DNA of 64,000 bases, taken from NCBI GenBank assembly GCA_900088475.1, contig FLMG01002343.1, positions 1 to 64,000 of the forward strand, given 5' to 3'. Below the pieces are notes generated by a model. It saw only the letters and a program-made list of their open reading frames with translations. It was not told where the DNA came from and searched no databases. This DNA comes from Hyphochytrium catenoides (taxonomy: Eukaryota > Protista > Hyphochytriomycota). Position 1 is the first letter of the stretch; each line of letters opens with the position of its first letter. A program made the position numbers and the translations under genes. Below, in pieces: positions 52,197-64,000 of this stretch.

Positions 52197-54263
52197 CTAG
52201 TCGGAAGGCGGAAGAAGTCTCTCCGCTCTGACGCTCTTCCAAAAGTCTCTGAAGTCCCTGAGCACGTTCAAATCTCTCTCGTCTCTCTTCATTTCTCCTC
52301 CTTTTTCTCTTCCATTCTCTCTCTTCTCTCCACTCTCTCTCTCTCTCTTCTCTCCCATATCTTCTACTGTCAGATGCTGCAGCTTCCAGCCTGCCAGCGC
52401 GGTGCCCAGCTGCACTGCCTCCAGGAGAGAAGAGCCAGAGGCCAAGCCCCAGGCTATCCCAGCAGCCAAACTGTCTCCACATCCAATCGCGTTGACCACT
52501 CTCTCTCTCGGAACAGGAGCAGGAAGAACGCGCCAAAAGGCCACATCTCTCTCTCTCTCTCTCTTTTCTTCCTCCTCCTCTATGTTGGTGTCTCTCTCTC
52601 TTCCTCGTGTCTCTCTCTCTCTCTCTCCATCAGCTGAGGCTATCAGTGTCTCTCTTGCTCCGTCTGTGACGACGATGTTTCTGGCTCCGCGCTGGAGAAT
52701 CTCTCTCATCGCCTTGCAGATGTCTTCTTGGGAAGAGAGAGACCGACCCACCGTGAGGCTTAGCTCCTCTCCTGCAGGAAAGAGAGGAAAGAAGTGTGAG
52801 AGAAAGCCCTGTGGGAGAGAGAGAAGAGAGAGAGAGAGAAGGGGAGAAAGAGAGAGAGAGCGGGAGAGCGGGAGAGATAAAGGACGGAAACAAAGAGCAG
52901 AAAGGAAAAGAGAATGGTAAAGAGAAGCGAACTCCTCCGATAGCAGCAGTTTAGATTGGAGAGAGTAGAGACAGGGAAAGAGAGAGAGAGAAAAGAGGGA
53001 AACAAGGAAGAAGAGAGAGACACAGACAGAGAAAGAGCGCGAAGAGGAGAAGAGAAGAAGAGAGAGAAGAAAGGATCCTGTACGCACTGTTTGGCTTGAC
53101 AAGGAAAGGACGCATTCTCAGTGCTCTCTCCAGCTCCGGGCCGCGGACATCAAGAAGAGAGAGAACGCCCGGGGGAGAAGAAGAGAGGATCTCTTCATAG
53201 AAAGAGGGAGAGACGCCCCGAGGAAGAGAACCAGTGAGCACCAGCACGTCTCTCTCTTTACTTTCTCTCTCATCTTCTGCTCTGTCTCCTTCTTTTCTCT
53301 CTCTCTTCTCCTCCCAAAGTAGCTCAAGAACCTTTCTCTGGAACCGGTGCACGTCTTCTTCCTGCGGTTGCTCTTGATTCTCTACCAGCTCCGTTGTGGT
53401 CCGCTTACAAAGGTCCAGGATGGTCGTACAGACCCGCGTCCGTACTGGTCCTTCAATCCAATGAAAGACTGTTCTCTCTCTCTCTTTCTCTCTCTCTTCT
53501 CTCTCTCTCCGTGCTCCTGTCTGCTCTTCTTTCTCTCTCTCTTGCGCCAACGTCGCTTCTCCTTCTCTCTCTCTTTCCTCAGGGAAGCTCCTATACCGAC
53601 TGAGGTGCTGTTGAATGGATTTCCCTGTCTCTCCTCCCAGAAGCGCTATAGAAATGACGGGAATATTCTTCTTCTTTCTTTCTCTCTCCTCTCTTCTTTT
53701 CCCATGAGACACTTCTCCTATCTCTTCTTCGGTCTCTCTCCTTCTGGGGCTTCTCTCTCCATTATCGTCCTCTTCCTGCGTCAGAAGCGAGTCTCTATGG
53801 AGAAGAAGGACGGCGGAAGAGAGAGTTGAACGTTTTTACCAAGAGAGAGAGAGAAAGAGAGAGAGGGAGAGAGAGAGAAAGAAAGAGAGAGAGAGCGAGA
53901 AAGAAAGAGAGAAAGAAAGAAGGAGAGAAGGGCTGGTCAGTGTAAAGGTTAGGCTCCTAGAAGGCACAGACCCATAAAGAGAAGGGCAAAGGTGGTCAGT
54001 CTGTCAATTCTGTCAACTCTCTCTCTCTCTCTCTCTCTTTTTCTCTTCTCTCTCTTTCCCTCTCTTTTTCTTTCTCTTCTCTCTCTTTCTTTCTCTCTCT
54101 TTGCTTACCTAAGCGCGGTGCAAGCCAGAGCGACGTTGATTCCCTTGCCTGAGGCGACCCAGCGCGCCTCCTTCGCTCTGTTGACCTCTCCTTCCCTCAG
54201 CTCTCTCTGTAGCACCAGCACCTGCTGCAGAGATGGAGTGAGGCTCGCCACCGTGATAGACAT
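52197..54263 (-). CDS. PfkB/ribokinase-family sugar-phosphate kinase (1-phosphofructokinase / tagatose-6-phosphate kinase type); 3 exons, about 478 aa
   Basis: Exons (-): 54263-54109, 53794-53088, 52771-52197 (GT-AG, in phase). Motifs GEVNRA..ASGKGINVA, LLGGETG, TRVCTTI, LTGSLPRG, LDVRG, LVKPNREEL, VVTDG, anion hole NAIGCGDSLAAG. Several E/R-rich insertions. Confidence 0.9.
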
Positions 54264-54292
54264 GAGCGTGTGTATGAGAGGGAGAGACAGAG

Positions 54293-54354
<62 letters not shown>

Positions 54355-54558
54355 AATTCTAACGGGAAGGCAAGGCAACAACGCTCTTGGTCTTTCTTTC
54401 TGATGAGAGGAAGTGGGCAGTCCGACAAGCTGATGTGTGGGACTTGGAAGGAAACCGCCTTCAACAGAGGACAAATATCCAAAGAGAAGAAGAGAGAGAG
54501 AGAGAGGAACTGGGGGAGAGGGAGGGAAGAGAGACACAGACAGAGCCACAGAGAACGC

Positions 54559-54596
<38 letters not shown>

Positions 54597-54619
54597 AAGA
54601 GAGAAAGTGCGAAAGTTGG

Positions 54620-54830
54620 TGATACAAAAGCTCTTTTCAAAGATTCGCCTGTCACTTGAGAGCCTCAACTGATCCAATTATCCTCGCTTATAAAGGTTGC
54701 CTCAATATTTACCTCTAGTAGGGTTCATTACTATAACATTAGCAATTTAACCAGGTAAACAAAGAGGTAAAGTCAAGGATCCTACCCCAGGATAGTCGCG
54801 TATCTCGCTGCTTCAACTACGAAAGGAGAA
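54620..54830. promoter_or_regulatory. Putative bidirectional promoter island (PfkB kinase / phospho-lyase)
   Basis: Microsatellite-free AT-rich island between divergent starts 54263 (-) and 55183 (+). Contains TATAAA (54689-54694) and the telo-box core TAGGGTT (54719-54725). Confidence 0.5.
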
Positions 54831-54910
54831 ACGGAAGAGAAAGACAGGGAGAGAAGAGAGGAAAGAGAGAGGAAGAGAGGAATAGCGCGAGGATGAGATG
54901 AGAGAGACAT

Positions 54911-54941
<31 letters not shown>

Positions 54942-55182
54942 AAGGAAGAGACAATATCAGTGCGTGTAGGTCTTCTCACGAAACGAAGAGAAAGAAGATT
55001 GACCTCTGGAACTCATGTTGGGGTGCTTGTCTTCTTCCTTTCTCTCCGTGCTCAATCGTGTCTTTNNNNNNNNNNNNNNNNNNNNNNNNNNNNNNNNNNN
55101 NNNNNNNNNNNNNNNNNNNNNNNNNNNNNNNNNNNNNNNNNNNNNNNNNTCTCTCTTGCTTCTATCCTTATTTTAGGGCAGG

Positions 55183-59888
<4,706 letters not shown>

Positions 59889-61494
59889 GAGACGGCTGCG
59901 CAAGAGAGGCACACACCAAAGAGGGAAGAGAGAGAATGGAGAGGCGACTTGATGGAAGAAGAGAGAAAGATACGCCTACGGGCCTCGCTTCTCCCACTCT
60001 CTTGGGCCGCGCCTTGGTCTCTGGACCAGACGGGAAGAGTGGCGTCTTTTATAAGAGGAGAAAGAATGAGAGAGAATCTCGCCATGGAGGGAAATGACTG
60101 TCTTTCTTGTAAGTGAAGGTCTTGCGGCGTTCGCTTCTCGCAACCTGTCCAGCCTTCTCTCTCCTTCTCTCGGTGGAGAAGGCTGCTGCTGCTGCGGAGA
60201 AAGGACGTCCGCTCAGTGTCCTCTGTAGTGAGAGATCAGAGAGAGAGAGAGAGACGGGGGGAAGAGAGAGAGAGAACTCCAGATGAAATCCTCTTTCTCT
60301 CCCGTGAAAATAAAGGTAAAGAGAGACTGCTGCTGTTCCTCTTGGCCCAGTGTTTGCCCTCAATAATGAGAACATCATAGAAGCCTAGCCAAGGTAGCTA
60401 CATCATTAGGGTCAGGGCTCGCATTGCCTGGCGATATCAAGGCTTGAGCAATGGATTATGGGTGTTTCCCTTCCTTTTCTCTTTTTCTCTCTCTTTCTCT
60501 CTCTATCTCACCCCTTTTTCTCCTCTTGGCCCCTCCCACTTCTGGTCTCTCTCTCTCTCTCTCTTCTTCCTTGGGCCCTCCTCTCTGTATTCTTTCCTCC
60601 CTCTCTCTCTCTGTGCCTGTGTATCTCTCAATTTCTCCTTCTATCTATCTATCTCCCTCTCCGTTAATTTTCCCTCTCTCTTCCCACGCTGTCTTCTGTC
60701 TTTCTCTCTCTCTGCTATAAGGAGCCAGAAAGAACATCCCTCCACTGGTCTATCTCTACCATGGTCACTCCTATGGAGCTCACAAGGAGCAGTCCCATAG
60801 CTCTTTGCGAGAGAGATAAACTCTTTTCTCTCCTGCGTCTTTCCTCTTCTCTTTCTCCAATCAAGGTCTGCCTGTATATTTTCTTAAGTAGTCACTGCCT
60901 TGAACTTTGTCTCAGTTGTTTCATTAATAGAGAGAATGAACTGAGTCTTCAGACTGCCAGCAGAAGAGACTCCCACTCTCTCGCTCAGTTTGGACCTCTG
61001 TCTTCTCTTCTTATCTTTGTCCCTTTCTCCTGAGACTCTCTCTCTTTCTCTCTCCCTCTTGACAAGGAATGAGGTTCCTCTCTGGTAACCCTAACGATTA
61101 ACCACCTTTACCTAACTCATCCAATTATCAGCAGGGCCTAGACATTTAGAGCGAGGAGGTCTCTCTCTCTCCTGTTCAGCAACTAGATCTTCTTCTCTCT
61201 TTGCCTCTCTCTCTCTTTTTCTTAACCTTGAAGTGTATCAAACGTTTTTTGCAGAGGAAAACAGTAGTGAGGTTTAAAGCTAAGCCAGCTCGGGAGTCAA
61301 GCTCCTTTCTCGCTAGGTTTTGAACTTTGCAGTTTGAATCTCTCTCTCTCTCTCTTTTTCCCGTCCTGTCTTTCTTCCTGTCTCTCTCTTTTCGCCGCTT
61401 TGGTCGCAAGATGTCCTTCTTATTCTTTATCTTTCTTCTCTCTCTCCACATATTGGAAGCCTTCTCTCTCCCGCCTTCACTCCTCCATCTCCAG

Positions 61495-61948
61495 CTAGTT
61501 CGCGAAGATCGCATTGAACGTCTCATTCTGCACGGGGCTGCCTTCCTTCACGGTGGAGATGGGAAGATGGAGGTTGAGATTGTTGTCCTGCAAGTATTTG
61601 ACGGCAATGTTGATGGCACTTCTCTTCTCTCTCTCGGAGGCCTCTCTCCCTAGCCAGAGAATGATCTCTACCGCTGTGTCCACGAGGAAGACATCCTTGG
61701 AGTCTAACATCGAGCGCAGGAGCTCTCCCTGAGCTTTGAGAGAGAAAGAGAGAGAGCCCGAAGCATCCGAGATGCGGAAGAGCTTTCCCTCTCCCATTTC
61801 TGGTGCATGGCGCTCGATAGGAGCCTGAATGAAGAGAGAAAGAGAGACAGAGAGAGCGTGTTTGAAGAAACTTAATATTAGCCCAGCCTTAGGAAGTTAA
61901 GGACAAAGAGAGCGAGAAAGAGAGAAAGAGAGAGACAGAGAGAGAGAA

Positions 61949-61979
<31 letters not shown>

Positions 61980-63056
61980 CTGACAATAGCCCGTTCGAGA
62001 CCTTTCGGGACCAAGAAGAAGCGAAGCAGAGGCCAGAGGACGGTAGAAGGGCCACTTGACAAGAAAGGTGAGAAGCTGAAGAGAGAAGCTAGAAGAGAGA
62101 GAGACAGAGAGAGAGAGAGAGAGCAAGAGAATGAGATAAGAGAAACGCAGACCTGAATGGGCCCCTTTCCGCCGAGCAGCCGCCAGAAGTCTTCCGACTC
62201 CGCGGAGCCTTTCTTCGCTTTTCCGTTTCTCTCTCGGACAATAGATTCCATAAGAGTTGCTGCCTTGTTCCTCTCGAAAGGAGAAGACTTCTCCCCTGCG
62301 AAAAGAGAGAGAAAGAGATAGAGAGATAGGAACAGAGAGAGAGGGAGAGATAGAAAGAACAAGTGAAAGGAAGAGGGGGAGAGGGTAAAGACAGACAAGA
62401 GACAGAGGAAGATAGGGCGCGAAAGAGAGAATGAGAGTGAGAAGAGAGAGGATGAGAGAAAGTGCGAGATGTCCGCATAGCTGTTTCTTTCGTTGTTTCC
62501 TTTTTCCCATCTTCCTCATCTTTCGAACATTGTTGCTACTCGTTTTCTCCCTGATGTGAGTGGCATCCACTCTCATGATCCATTCTCTTCCTCTTCTGTG
62601 GCACTCTCTCTCTCTCTCTCTCATATCTCTTGCTCCGTTTCTCTCCACTTCTCTCTCTCTCTTTTGCTCCGTACTGGTAACTTTATCTCTCCCTTTGGTA
62701 GCTTTCGCTGTCTCTCTTGGTCAGCATCTCGGCGCTTGAGGCGTTTGCCCAATGCCCTTACCCTCTCCTTCTCTCTCCATTTTGTCTCTCTCTCCTTCTC
62801 TCTCTCTCTTTCTTTCTCTTTCTCTCTCTGATACTACTCACCGTCCCACTGATAGACTAGAGTTCCAGCATCGAGGATAAAGCAGTCTCCTTGGTTGAGG
62901 GAAGAGCGTGCCAAAGGAACGTCGAAGGCTCTCACCGTCTTCTCGGTCTTCACAATCTGCACAATATCCGCGAGAGAGAGAGAGAGAGAGAGGGAGAGAA
63001 TGAGGGAGAGACAGAGAGCGAGGGAGACACAGAACGAGAGAGAAAAAACGGAGAGA

Positions 63057-63087
<31 letters not shown>

Positions 63088-63524
63088 TAAAGTGTCATAA
63101 GTCAGTGTGGTGATGGAAGACTGAACAGAAGAGTGAGAGAGAGAGTCTGTAACATTAGCTTTAGCGCCAGGTCCAATAAGTGAATATCTTCAGAAGAGAT
63201 AAGACGATGCTGCAGGTGCCAAGTGAAGAAAAGAATCTCTTTCCGTCTCTCTCTCCCAATCCTTTCCTCTCTCTCTCTCTCTCTCACACTAACTCTCTCT
63301 CTCTCTCCTTCCATCTCTCTCTCTCTCTCTTTACCTGCAGGAGTCTAGGCTTGTATTTCTCTGGCTCGACGTGACGGAATCCTGTCTCCACGCCTCCCTT
63401 AAGATACTTCAGACCCTGAGGGAAGTAGCTCTGGAACTGCTTCGATTCGCTCCCCATCACCTCGCGGTGCTGGATCGGCTCACCTAAAAAAAAAACAAGA
63501 GAGAGAGAGAGAAAGAGAAAGAGA

Positions 63525-63589
<65 letters not shown>

Positions 63590-64000
63590 TTTGGGGCAAG
63601 AGAAAGTGTCCGGAGCGAAAGATTGAGGGAGTGAGACAGAGAGAGACAGAGAGAGAGATGAAGGGAAGCGGTAGCAAGGGACGAATCGCGAAAGAGGAGG
63701 AGAAAGGAGAAGAGAGGGAGGGTCAGTAGGGGAGGAGACTGGCTTAGGGATAAGACCATGAGAGAAGAGGAGAGAAGATAATTGAAAGCTAAATGCAAAA
63801 AGAAGCAAGGGGAAGGACGAGAAAGGAAGATAGGGAGGAAAGAAAATGAGGAGAGAGAGAGAGGGAAAGGGAGAGAGAGAGAAAAGAGCTCAAGAGAGAA
63901 TCGGAATTGCTGCACTTCATACCGTCAAAGAAGTCATCGAGCTCGACTGTCTTATAAGCCGCAGTGCCCGCCTCGTCCTGGGTCGATTCCTCTCCCAACC
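61495..64000 (-). CDS. Gelsolin/severin/fragmin-like actin-binding protein (3-domain type), 5'-truncated by the window edge
   Basis: Exons (-): >64000-63923, 63483-63335, 62956-62842, 62295-62153, 61824-61495. Motifs [82 protein letters not shown]. Confidence 0.93.
63528..63557 (+). repeat. (GT)n/(AC)n microsatellite in a gelsolin intron
   Basis: About 15 GT units; the only long non-GA dinucleotide run of this type in the window. Confidence 0.9.

Noticed and set aside
52197-54263. Bacterial contamination as the source of the PfkB kinase
   Set aside because: It has two GT-AG introns with the host's GA/CT architecture and host-type ER inserts, and is contiguous with eukaryotic genes.

Overview
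Eukaryotic (protist-like; possibly stramenopile, which is inference only) genomic DNA saturated with (GA)n/(CT)n microsatellite, with 16 assembly gaps. Most ORFs in the supplied track are artefacts of these repeats (ER/SL-rich). By manual splicing I reconstruct 11 genes with about 66 spliceosomal introns under the standard genetic code: an ARK-like kinesin (-), a signal-peptide/Cys-rich/7TM orphan receptor (+), an intronless IQM-family protein (+), class-2 DHODH (+), RPS15 (-), a FAM228-like protein (-), a plasma-membrane-type syntaxin (-), TYW1 (+), a bacterial-type 1-phosphofructokinase/LacC-family PfkB kinase (-) head-to-head with an ETNPPL/PHYKPL-type PLP phospho-lyase (+), and a gelsolin/severin-like gene (-, 5'-truncated). 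The most striking signal is the intron architecture. About 20 introns start with a (GA)-rich half and end with a complementary (CT)-rich half, so the pre-mRNA could fold into long GA:UC stems. This coexists with weak splice signals: 3 GC-AG introns, about 12 GTY donors, 5 AAG acceptors, and branch-like motifs 40-116 nt upstream of the acceptor. The repeats have also entered protein loops in frame. Microsatellite-free islands carrying telo-box-like motifs lie at likely promoters.
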